In this document: positions 51,864 through 63,978 of the stretch, piece by piece
How positions within the stretch are numbered: the first letter of the stretch is position 1
How the letters are laid out: each line of letters opens with the position of its first letter
DNA from: Eledone cirrhosa
Lineage: Eukaryota
DNA: 64,000 nucleotides
NCBI GenBank assembly: GCA_964016885.1
Contig: OZ024740.1
Location: forward strand, 314,588,001 to 314,652,000
Direction: 5' to 3'
Made by a program: the position numbers and the translations under genes
Notes under the pieces: model-generated
The model's database searches: none
The model's input: the letters and a program-made list of their open reading frames with translations, nothing else
What the model was told of the DNA's origin: nothing

Positions 51864-52200
51864 CATCATCATCATAATTTTACGTCCGCTTTTCCCTGCT
51901 TGCAAGGGTGGGACGGGAACTGATTCTGGCTTGATTTCTACAGCTGGATGCATTTCCTAACACCAACCTCATTTACAGTGAGTGCTGCATGCTTTTTTGC
52001 CGTGGCACTTCCACGACCACTTTACAGTGGAATGATATGGACCCCAGTCCCTATCATCTCATTTCTACAGTTGAGTAAACTGGAGCAATGTGAAATAAAG
52101 TGTCTTGCTCAAGGAAACAACACATCACCCGGTCAGAGAATTGAACTCACAACCTTTTGATTGCAAACCCAATGCTCTAACCACTAAGCCATGTGCCTCC
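51864..52200 (-). mobile_element. Full-length composite SINE: tRNA head, CORE-like body, Meta-like core, RTE tail (tail type 3)
   Basis: ggaggcacatggcttagtggttagagc head; final 41 nt before the tail identical to LINE 20682-20722. Confidence 0.9.
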
Positions 52201-52496
52201 ATATAAAATGTTTATTATTGAGGAAGGGGCTAGTAGGGTATGGAGGTATTTATAAAATTTCCAAAGTTTTCAATATTAAAATATTTCTTCATTCTAAATA
52301 TTTACATGTCCTTTTTGTTGTTTTTTATCCTTTCATTATGTACAGCATTTGAAGAAAAATATATTGTTTTGTTTAATTCATTATATTAAAACTTCAGTGT
52401 GTGTGCGTCTCTCTATCAGTGTCCCCCCCCCCCGCTCTCTCACTCTCCCTCTCTCTCTCTCTCACTCTCTCCCTCTCTCTCTCTCTATATATATAT

Positions 52497-53043
52497 AAAA
52501 GAGTGCAGGGCAATAAAGATAGACGGTAACCACGGAGTAGGCAGACCCAGAAAAACCTGGGACGACCTGATAAATTCCGACCTCACACACTTACACCTCT
52601 CCAAGACAATGTCACTGGACCGAGATCTTTGGCGGTACTCAGTAATAGAGAAGACCCGCCTTACCTAAATACAAAGTAAAACCTACTACAGTCAGTAGGC
52701 ATCTCTAACAAAATACCCCCCCCCCCCCCCATCAACACCGCCCCTTTCAATGTAAAGTTATGTTGGTGCCACAACATCCAGGCCGAAACAAATGAGATCG
52801 TGTAGGTGTCACGACAAAAAAACACACAGTCCACGCTGTAATGTGGCCATGTAGGCAACACGGTAAAAACCTCCCAGTCCCACACTGTAAATGTGGTTGG
52901 TGTTAGGAAGGGCATCCAGCTGTAGAAAACCCACCAGTCCTATGCGAGCAAGACAACCACTCTTGCCTCAAGTGGGAAAACTCCCGTCCAAACCCATGCA
53001 AGCGTGGAACATGGACGTTAAACGATGATGATGATGATGATAT
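52497..53043 (+). mobile_element. RTE 3' fragment plus SINE-core chimera (see 35398-36025)
   Basis: Highly similar to the reverse complement of 35398-35935; (TA)n on both sides. Confidence 0.85.
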
Positions 53044-53447
53044 ATACCATCATCATTATGTCTGTTTTTTCACTGTTGTATGGTTTGGACAAGTCTGTTT
53101 CAGTGCAGCATCTCTTCACTCACGACATTTATAAGCAGTGAAGAGTGGACGTAAAATGATGATGATGATGATATGAAAGAAAAAACATTGTTGTCTCGGA
53201 TCGAGACGAAGCGAGAGTGTATTTGAATACATATAAAAATTAGAAAACTCATCGCTAGAACAGCCTGTCTGTCACCCACCTCGTGAATTGTCTCTCTGTC
53301 TTTGACAGCATTTGGGTGATAAGGTGGCTTTTCTAGTGATGAGTTTAATAATTAATAATTAATACATGTAATTATATATATATATAAATAGAGAGAGTAA
53401 TGGTTTACGCATATATTTTCATGTTAGAAATAATTCTAATTTTTCAG

Positions 53448-53514
53448 TATGTCAGGATGACTAGAAGTCCAACTGTTCTGGTTTTCAAAGATAATCTGTA
53501 TGATGAGTATTTGG
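53448..53514 (+). CDS. TMX3: TMX3 exon 8
   Basis: tttttcag acceptor and GTAAG donor; YVRMTRSPTVLVFKDNLYDEYL(G) with the P.VLVFKD motif; phases 0/1. Confidence 0.92.
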
Positions 53515-56500
53515 GTAAGTTCTTTTATAATAGTTTTCCTTCATTACTTTTCCTTTATTTTAATAAAGATGTTTCTATCTAGTTTATAATAATGTTATTT
53601 CTTAACATTTTTATATCATAGGACATTTCTTTCTTGAAATATTTTTGTGCTATGTCCCTGGCAATAGTGTCTGTTAATTTCTTTCTTTTACAAACTGAAG
53701 TCAGTGTGAAGCATATTATTCTGGTATTGTGAGAAGTGTTCTTGACTGTTTCAACCATGCAGTAAAGAATTTTAAAAGAATTTGTTATGCATTGTATTTT
53801 TCATGGAGGTTTTAGTCTAGAGATACTTATTGTTTGTCACTTAAATTCACATTTCTCACCTTCTAAATATGAATTTGATAATTGTACAAACCATTGTCTT
53901 GTCTTTCTTGGTCCAAAGACATTTAATAACATTACTCTATTTAGAAAACAACAAGTGAAGTTTCAAAATTGAATTAAACTTTGCCCTAACTTTGACTAAA
54001 TAAAACAGTCTGATAACAAAAGGGCGTATAAACCCATCTTTTTCTGTTCTGTGGGTTTATACGCCCTTTTATTAACAGACTATGTTATTTAGCCAAAGTT
54101 ATGGCAAAATCAAATTCAATTTTCAAATTATTCTATTATTATTAGTAAATAATCAAATTGGTTCAGTTTCTGCCCCAGATTTAATTCTTAACATCTTGTA
54201 ATGATTTAGTAGAAAATATTTTAAAATAAGGTTGTTAACTCAAATGTTTATAGATCATTAAAAAAAATTTGCAGTATAAGACAGAGCAAAGAAAATTAAT
54301 TTTTAATGTGATGTTGTTAATGTAGTTTCATGCAGTACAGGATGTTAAGAGTTAACTTATGTTGAAATATATATTGTCAGTTTAGAAGTTCATATTCAGA
54401 CTCCAGAAAAAAAATATCTTCGTCATCATTATCATCACCATTTAATGCTCATTTTTCCACATTAGCATGGGTTAGATGTGTTGTCTCTTGTGAGATAAGT
54501 CACCAGCATGACCACTTTACAGTATGAACTGGCCACTTTTTATTGTGGCTCCAAAATGACCACTTTACAATGTGGACTGGGTGCATTATATGAGGAATAG
54601 ATCATCCAGAGACACCATTCAATGATAAAAATAAAAATAGCCAGATTTGTATTAGCATAATTAATGCAAGGAACACTAAAAAGTTTAACTAGAAATAATT
54701 GTATGAAGAAGAAAAAAAACAATATTAGTCAATGACTATTATTATTGTTGGTGAATTGGCAGTATCAGTAGAGGGTCGGATGCCATGCTTTGCAGCAAAG
54801 AGTTACGTCCCTTTATGGTCTGAGTTCAAATCCCGCCGAGGTCAACTTTGCCTTTCATCCTTACGGAGTCGATAAAATAAAGTACCATTAATACACTGGG
54901 ATAATTGCTGGCCTTGTGCCAAAAGTAGAAACAATTATTGTTTTAATTATTTCAGCAAGTATGGGAAACAACCCTGGACATGTTTCAGTCTTATGATCTC
55001 ATCAATGAAGCATAGTTTTTATCATACTCACTAAAGTAAGGTTGAGAGAATTACTAAGTTAATGTACAAATTGTATGTTCTTTGGTTAGTATTAACATAT
55101 TTTTACAGGGAATATTAGAAAACTAACTAGAAATATGTGACGAAGAAAGATTATTAGTCAATGACTGATATTTTAAAATTTTGTTAGGTAACAAAATTTG
55201 ATTTTGATTCATTTACTTCTCCTTTACTTTTTCGGAGTTCCTTTTCCTTTTAAATGTTGAAAAAAGACACCAATACTCAGTATAGACTTAATTAATTTAA
55301 AATAATTTACTTGTTAATGTTAATTAAAGGAAATAAAATCAAGAAATTAGGTCAGAGAACTAAAATTATTTGGTTATTCTTCAAACAAGTATTTTCTGTT
55401 TGCAATGTGTGTTTCTTCTAGAAGCATCTCTCTTAATAAATTTACACTTTGAGCCATAATACTGTAAATGACAATCAACACTGCAAATTTTGTCATCATA
55501 ATTACCACTATAACCAGCATTGTCACTAATAACATTACCATACAAGTCTATAAGAGTTTTACATTGTTTTGAACTCACAACATAGCTACTAAATTTTTCA
55601 CAATAATTATTTTCTATAAAAGAATCATTATCATTATTATTGGCAGTATCGATAGAGGGTCGGACGCCATGCTTTGACGTATAGAGTTACGGCCCTTGTC
55701 ATTCTGAGTTCAAATCCCGCCGAGGTTAACTTTGCCTTTCATCCTTACGGGGTCGATAAAATAAAGTACCAGTAATACACTGGTTAATTGCTGGCCTTGT
55801 GCCTAACGTAGAAACAATTATCATTATTATCATCATTGTTTAACATCTGCTTTCTCTGCTAGCAAGAGTTGGATGGGTCTACATATACCAGTCAGTACTG
55901 AAGTGGGGATACTAACCTCCCAGACAGACCGGTGGGAGGGGATCTGCTTCTCAATTACACATGGTTATATGTTTTATCCAGTGCACAGGAGAATTTTTCA
56001 TGTCTTGACATAAACTGAAGGGTTCTCCCAACTCCTTGTTTGGCAAACTTTCGACGGTTGGATGACCTCCTTAACACCAACCAATTTGCAGCATGTACAT
56101 GGTGTTTTTACCATGTAGATGATTTGTTTAAATTCTAAATCTTAGTTCAATAATATATTTCAAATAGCCAGAGTTTGAACAAGAATTGAAAAAGTAAATA
56201 CAACCCAGATTGATATACTGGACATTATTATTTTCATCAGATGAGTTGTTAGTCGTGGAGATATTACTACTTATCATATAAGCACCTAGATAAACCTTGT
56301 CTACTTTTGATACAATCTCTCTGTAATCCATAACCTTAATTGTTGCACTGTCTATATTGTTTGCTGAACCTCTCTAATTAACCCTTTCATGACTGTATTT
56401 CTAATGAAATACACTATATCTTAATTAATTAATGAACAATTTTGAAGGATTTACTAAAATTATCAATTATTTCATTACTAGGATAGTAATTTAATGTAAA

Positions 56501-58199
56501 GTTAAGATTTTAATTTAAATTGGAAACCTTTAAAATGGGTGACTCTATTTCATAGAACCAGAGTCAGTTTTGGCTGTGTTGGCAACTAAAGGGTTAAAGT
56601 ATTGATTTAACACTAGTCATTTCTCATCCTATTTACTCTAATGCCCGACTGACTGTCTTTCTAGTGCCATTATGAATAAATGGTCTCTACAACTAGGTAA
56701 ACTTGTTAGTGTCCATTGATTTTACCTACATATCTTTTCACATGCTCCATCTTATTGATTTCAAACAATACCAGAATTTCTTGACTAAATTATTCACAGT
56801 ATACAGGCAATCATTCATAGCATCCAGTTCTTGAACATCTCTACTAAAGCTACATCCTCTTCATCACTATCATTATTTTGTGTCTGCTTTTCAAACCAGC
56901 ATGGGTTGGGCAGGTTATTAGACTCTGAGACTAGACTGATTGGATAAACCCATCTTGCTCATATGTTCCATGTTTGGCATGGTTTCTATGGCCGAATGCC
57001 TTTCCTAATGTCAACTATCTTACAGGGTGTACTAGGTGTGCTTATTTTGTGTCACCACCACTACCACTTTACAGAGTGTACTGGTTGTTTTCATGACATC
57101 AACCTTCAAAATAATCTTTTTGAGTTATATAATGAAATATATCTGAGGTTAACTTTGTCTTTTATCTATTTGAGGTCAATAACAAAAGTACTATTCTAGT
57201 ATTGGGGTTGATTCTTCCTCTATATCTTTCTCACTTTTCCCTCACTCTATCCTTTTCTGGAGGAAATCTGCCTTGAGAGGGGATGAGCTCGGCCAGGTTT
57301 TAAAATGCCTTAGAAATGTTGTATGTTAATACAGTGCCCCTATGACTCCCCCAGGAGTTAAGGGACCATCCATCCAATATAATATGTATTTAACCGAGGC
57401 CAGTGTATTGGAATTATAGCAATGCATGAGAATCACACATCTATACTCGAATATAAGCTGAGGAATATGTGACCAAAAATTTGATGGTAAAATGGTGGGA
57501 GCCGGCTTGTATATCCATCTAAATAATTTGTTGATTAGCTGCCTCAGCTTATAAATGGGGTTTGGAGTTTTGCTCATTTCTCAGACATAAAATAGGAGGG
57601 GGGGGGGGGGGTCAGCTTATATTTGGATTGGCTTATATTTAAGTGTAGATGGTAAATCTGAACATCGGTGATGTATGCCTTTTTTTAAATATGAAGATAT
57701 TTTGTATTGAAATGAAACTATTTGAAAAAAAGCTACAACATTATTAATTGTTTTTAGTGGATAGAGTGTATAGCTTGGATATCAAAGAGTCACTCCAGGT
57801 AGAGCCGCTACTTTTCCAAATTGAGAGATCACAGCTCCGATACTCTGGTTAGAATGTCTAACCATAGTATTGGAGTTCAAATCCCGCCAAGGTTAGCTTT
57901 GCTTTTCATCCTTACCGGATCAATAAAGTAAAGTACCAGTCACGCACTGAGGTAAAAAAAAAATATTAGCCTTGTGCCTAAATCAGAAACCATTATTCAT
58001 GAAATTTACCACCACTAGTATAAGATTGTATGAAAGCATATTAAACTACAGGAGTAAGATTTATTGAAGAAAACAGTTTCTTCATTTAAACCAGATAAAT
58101 GTAATTAATGTGGTTTGGTTATAGATAAATAGGAAGTGTTTAACTATAGTTTATGAGTGCAATGTCAATGATATCTTTTCTTTTTTGGCTTTGAAACAG

Positions 58200-58365
58200 G
58201 TGAAGCAACAATGATGGAACTTGATGACTGGGTTATTAAAGAGCGTTACCAAGCATACCCTACAGTTACTGCCAATACTCTCAATGAAATGGTGGAACTA
58301 AAGAAAATTCTCGTCATTACTGCATATAATAAAGAAACCAGTAAAAGTAGAAAAGTTAATGCACG
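58200..58365 (+). CDS. TMX3: TMX3 exon 9 (gene continues beyond right edge)
   Basis: aaacag acceptor and GTAAG donor; GEATMMELDDWVIKERYQAYPTVTANTLNEMVELKKILVITAYNKETSKSRKVNA(R) with the L..W...ER motif; transmembrane helix and C-terminus not found in the window. Confidence 0.92.
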
Positions 58366-58468
58366 GTAAGTTGTATTTTTTAATAATTTTTTTTTATCTA
58401 GGAATAGGCTAATGCAAATAGATGAACATTTCAAGATTAAGGTAGCATATTTATGTAGATTTTGATGT

Positions 58469-58694
58469 TTAGTCCTTTAGCATTTAAACTGGTCATATCC
58501 GGCCAGAATTCTCTCACCTCTTTTTGTTCAAACCGGCCATAACTCGCTGCTTATACTTATGTTAAGGTATTGTTCTTAAAATAAATATCAAAATCTCATA
58601 GACTTGATATTATGAGAGGTAATTATGTGAGATGAAGTGTTTACCATGAAAGTATAATAGTATATATAGAGTAATGTAAATGCTAAAGGGTTAA
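58469..58694 (+). mobile_element. piggyBac-type MITE family A
   Basis: TIRs and TTAA flank. Confidence 0.88.
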
Positions 58695-59212
58695 ATGAAA
58701 AATCAAATTCACAAGATTTCTTGCTTAGCATGTATAAACTTTCCAGTGTATATATGCACATAGTTCATCATGATCATGATCATAGTCATATGTAAATAAA
58801 TCTTTTGTTATATGATCATATATAATTTCATGAATATTAAATTGATACCATCTTATACTGATATTAAGTCCTGCATGATAAAATGTATCATAGTTCTAGT
58901 GACTTGTAGGAATTTTATTGATGAAAGGCAAAATAGAATCTTCAAACTTGGAAACAAAGGTTTAAATTGTAATAGAATGCTTTGGAAGCATAAAATGCCA
59001 GTTTTCAATGGAGATTTTATGAAGAAAGTAGGTAGCATGGAATAATATGAAAACAAGCTGCTTAGTAATCAAGATGTCAAGTATATCATAAATATAATGA
59101 TGAAAGACTAATGTCATTGACAACATGTTGTGCAGCAGCTCCAACTAACCAATGCCAGAATAGGAAAATAAACAATAATAAAACTTATATGATAATGGTG
59201 ATGATGATCTGG

Positions 59213-59620
59213 TACCACAACAAAAGCACCCAGTTCATCATGTAAGGTGGTTGTGTTGGTGATACAAGAAAAGGACCCCATTCACACTATAAGGTGGTCA
59301 TGTGGTAACATGACTAAAAGCACCCAGTCCACCCTGTAAGGTGGTTATACTGGTGACATGACAAAAAAGCAGCCAGTCCACCCCATAAGGTGTTTGTTTT
59401 GGCGCTTCTTGTGACACCTACATGACCACTTTACATTGGGCACTTTTTGTCATGTCACCTACACAACCACTTTACAATGTGTACTGGGTGCTTTTTGTTG
59501 TGTTAACAAAACAACTGCTTTACAGTATGGGCTAGGTGCTTTTTGTCGCGTTGCCAACACAACCACTTTACAGTGTGGGCTGGGTGCTTTTTGTCATGTC
59601 GCCATCATGACCACTTTACT
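59213..59620. repeat. Two oppositely oriented arrays of the 48-bp unit joined at about 59400
   Basis: aaaagcacccagtccac...taaggtgg units, then ccactttacagtgtgggctgggtgcttttt units. Confidence 0.85.
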
Positions 59621-61603
59621 GTGTATGGTATATTATATTGTATTCTAGAATATATAAATATTAACAGCTGACATCTCTTCACTAACATACTGCAGTTGGC
59701 CTATATTTCTGTCATGTCTACTTAGCTATAACTGTAATTAAATCTAAGCCACACAGTTCAGTACTCTGTGTGTATGAAAATCTACCAAATATTTTTACTA
59801 ATTATTTAGCCTATCTTTCCTTCACATGTAATGCACAGCTAAGTACAGATTGTGATGTGTTTGTAATATTATTATTCATTTTAAAAATTGCTGCATTTGC
59901 AAGTATTTTCCTTGCTTACTTTGAACATTTAAGAAGAAACTGCATATTAATTGTGTGTGTGTGTGCATGACCATCTGCATAAAATCTTTCATTTCTTCTT
60001 CCTTCTTTATTTATTTCTCTTCTATGTTACCTTCTATATAATTTTGCCCTTCATTTTTTCTTCTTTTATTTTCCATGTTAAGATCTGCTTCTTTTTTTTT
60101 CCAATTTCCAGTCTTGTTGTTATTTCTAATTTACTATTAAGTATTTGGTTTCACAGAGTTAAACTATAATTGTCAACAAACACACCATTACCATTTCTTT
60201 TCTTCTGTTAGTTACTTTTATTTTGACTCTTACTGTTATTTATTTTAATTCTTACTGTTATTGTTTTGTACACAGTTCAAATTTACCAACTTTATCAACG
60301 TTGTATCTGATTTATTTTAAAAAATGCATATTTTAATAATTTTTACTTAAGATATTATTTTACTATTTTACATTCCATAAAGTTTTGTCTGATATACCAA
60401 GAACATTAATACATTTCCAAGTAAAATGTATTTCTTCTTCTCTCTACAATTGTAAATACAAATCCAAACATGATATATAATATTTAGATAATAATATAAA
60501 GAATAGTTTGTTACATAAAACTTTTTAAATTTTAATTTGATTTTTTTTATATTAAAAAAGCAAGTATATTTCTAGGATAAAATTACATAAAAATAATAAA
60601 GAATTTAATATTTAGTCAAACATAGAAGAAAAAAAAGAAAGTAGCATTGCAAAAGACTATAAATGAGAGGAAAAGGAGAGAAAAGGCAAGGATTATTAGG
60701 CAAAGAAAGAAAGAAAGGTGCAAGGGGTGAGGGTGACAGACTACACCTAGGACCGAGTGGTGTTTTGGCTGCACCCCACAGACAAAATGGCATAGGCATT
60801 TCTGCAGACAATAGTCAGCGACACCTGCTGAAAGTGTCACTTGCTGTGTAGTTAGTTACTGTGGTGATATCTATCTGTCTTTCACACACAGTCTCTCTCT
60901 CTCTCTGTATTTCACTCTCAACACTCTTTGTATGAGAAACATAGTTTCAGTTTACAAACGTTTTGGGTGATGAACGGCCTTCAAGAACGAATTAAGTTCA
61001 TGAACTGAGGTTCTACTGTAGAGTGTGGTCCTCAGCTAGACAGAAGCTGTACATATCTAAAGTGTTGGATTTTTAGATCACCTCAGTCATTTATCTAACT
61101 TCTTCGCTACCAAAGTCCTGATTGTGTTGGATTGACTAGTATTAGAGAAATGTATAGGAAATATAAAGAAAACTTAGAGGAATAGTTTTCAAGATAATTT
61201 CATTCCAGTGTCTAGACTAAAATTAGGCCAGAACTGTATTTAACTCTATCACTCTATTTTTATCTATTTTTGAATTAGAACTGCAAGTGTTGTGCAAATG
61301 ATGAACAGGTGCTGCACTTAGTTAATTATTACCAGATTGTGTTGTGGTATGTCTGGAATTATTTCCCATAGTGAAATGTTTAGAATAAGGAACAGTTTCA
61401 AGCAATCAAACATCTACAAAATTCTTATCTCTAACTCTGATAAGTTCACGACAATCATCTAAAACAAAATAGGCATGATTATACTTTATTCAACGTTTCC
61501 AGATATAAACACTGCATGTGTTCATTATTTTATTACAGTGCATCATAATTTGATACTAGAAAAACTGCTGACAATTCAACATTGGTCATGGATATATATT
61601 TCC

Positions 61604-61832
61604 TTAAGCCTTTAGCATTTACATTACTCTATATTTCCTATTATATTTTCATAGTAAAGGCTTTACCTCACACAATTGTCTCGCATAATATCGACTCTAT
61701 GAGGTTTTGATATTATTTATTTTGAGAACAATACCTTAACATCAGTATGTGTGGCCGGTTACAGCCAGTTTGAACAGAAAGAGGTGAGAGAATTCTGGCC
61801 GGATATGACTGGTTTAAATGCTGAAGGGTTAA
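61604..61832 (-). mobile_element. piggyBac-type MITE family A
   Basis: TIRs and TTAA flanks. Confidence 0.88.
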
Positions 61833-62649
61833 ATATTTCAAGTTGCTAATGGATTATTTGCCTGTTTATGCATTTGTTATCTGACTTCCTGTATATACTT
61901 GAATGAAAGTCGATACAAATATAAGTCAACCCCACTATTTTATGTCTGAGAAATGGGCAAAAATTGAAAACTTATTTACGCAGAATTTGAAGTTGGTGAA
62001 AATCGTCAAAATAAGCCGACCTCCTTCTACTATTGATTTCTTGGTTACATATTCCTTGGCTTATATTTGAGTACATCTGGTATTAGAATTATGTATTATT
62101 GTTGGTAATATCAGTAGAGCGTCAGACAACATGCTTTGTGACAGTTAGTTACAGCCCTTTATGTTCTGAGACCAAATCCGTTGAGGTTAGCTTTGCCTTT
62201 CATCCTTATAGGAGTTGATAAAATAAAGTACCAGTATAGTACTGGGGTTGATTTAATGGATTCCCCTCCCCCCCAAATTGTGTTCTTGTGCTTAAATCAG
62301 AAATCATTATTGTTGTCCATTCAGAGTTGGATGAACATTTCACATAAATTTCATTCTTCTTTCTTACCCCCCCCCCTTCCCTTAAAAATAAAACAAAACA
62401 AATATGAAAGACAATCAACAGAAATATATTGTATCTTTAATTGTTTATTCCATTGGAATAAGTATAGTAATAGATGAATTTACACAGAATTTCATATATT
62501 TTCTGTACTTTATTTCCAACAGATAAAAATATATTTACAAGTCTCATATTTATTCAAGTTTTACAATAAATACAACTCACAAACTGGTCAACAAAAGTAT
62601 TGAATAGTTTTATTTTATATTTTTTTTCTGATAAACTTTTTAATTTAAA

Positions 62650-63281
62650 TTATGGTATTAATGGTTTTATTTTCATCTCAGTTTTCTTCAATTGCTCATG
62701 TTTCCATTCATTCCATGATATACCTCTATAGCTTACATTAGCCTTCTCATAATAGGGTCCATTGAGAATAGCAAACCAACAGTTAGTAAACCACCATCCA
62801 GCCTCCCATTCTTTAGCACAATGATATTGACTCCATTTGTCATTGTCTTTATCTGATGTACTAAATAGTAGTCCATTGTGTTTGCCAAAGCTGTCATTTG
62901 CACTGCCTTTGAATTTGCCTATGTGTAGTTTATAACTGTCCCGTTCACCATCTATCTTAAAAGTTTCATAGGTTGCGAAAACACGGTTTCCTTCAAAGTC
63001 CCACAAATCAATACGAAGTTGGTAGTGTGCTTGGTTTGTCAGCAAGAAAATATTGTCATTTCCAAGCCAGAATTCTCGTATCACATCACCAAATCCATCT
63101 TTGTAAGTCTTCCAATCTTGGTTAAATGACAACTTACCATCCAATCGTCTTTGAATGACTAGCCACCCCCCTGGTGGGGTGTCCATGTCACACCATACAG
63201 GGATAGGACAAGAAGAATAAGTTGGTTTTATGTAGTAGACACTGCTATCCGTATGGCCTCGATCAAATACATCTTGGCAAT
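62650..63281 (-). CDS. Fibrinogen-related domain (FReD/FBG) protein, terminal exon encoding the whole C-terminal domain
   Basis: ttatttcag acceptor at 63283-63282, phase 1; DCQD...VWCDM...GGWLVIQRR.DG...EFWLGND...FST.DKDND...CA...GWWF..C...LNG; stop TAA; AATAAA on the minus strand at about 62549 and 62509. Confidence 0.95.
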
Positions 63282-63373
63282 CTGAAATAAAGTATAACAA
63301 AATTGAGTTATTTCTATGTACATTGAAAATAAATAGAGAGCAGTCATATGTTTGGTGACTTCAAGCTATATGT

Positions 63374-63601
63374 TTAACCCTTTAGCATTTACATTACTCT
63401 ATATTTGTTATTATATTTTCACAGTAAAGATTTACCTCACATAATTATCTCCCATAATATTGAATCTACGAGATTTCGATATTATTTATTTTGAGAACAA
63501 TACCTTAACCTCAGTATGAGCAGCCGGTTATGGCCAGTTTGAACAGAAAGAGGTGAGTGAATTCTGGCTGAATATGGCCGGTTTCAATGGTAGAGGGCTA
63601 A
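63374..63601 (-). mobile_element. piggyBac-type MITE family A
   Basis: TIRs and TTAA flank. Confidence 0.88.
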
Positions 63602-63759
63602 TTCAAGTATATATCATTTTACTAAAATTGCCTATAGTCACCATCTTGCTCAAAGTTATATATATGATGTATTTATCATTAATCAGCAGAGATATATTCA
63701 CGTGTTTCCTATTATATCAGATACACTTTTAAAGCAATGTCTGTATTCCTGTTTGTAGT

Positions 63760-63978
63760 TTGAGAAACCTGGATCTGCCACGACTATGCAATCGCACGCG
63801 CTTAACAGTGAGGGAGATGATAAACTATCTCACAGAGGCCACTATACTTGGAGGCAATCATCAAAGGGAAAATACATTTATTCCCAAGATTCCTCTTATC
63901 CCTTCCTCTATTGAGCTGTCAGTTCTTCAGTTCTCTGATAGAGACAGTTTTGCTATGAGAATCAATAAAGCTGTATAA
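63760..63978 (+). mobile_element. Helitron PIF1-helicase remnant
   Basis: LRNLD.PRLCN.TRL.V......EATIL.G.......FIPKIPLIP...FAM.INKA. Confidence 0.8.

Noticed and set aside
52120-52200. tRNA-like sequences with A/B boxes (also 6835-6905, 29651-29725, 54750-54840)
   Set aside because: SINE heads running into SINE bodies; no complete cloverleaf could be supported
61490-61550. Possible TMX3 exon 10 after tttccag at about 61502
   Set aside because: The in-phase reading hits a stop within about 15 codons and shows no TMX3 similarity
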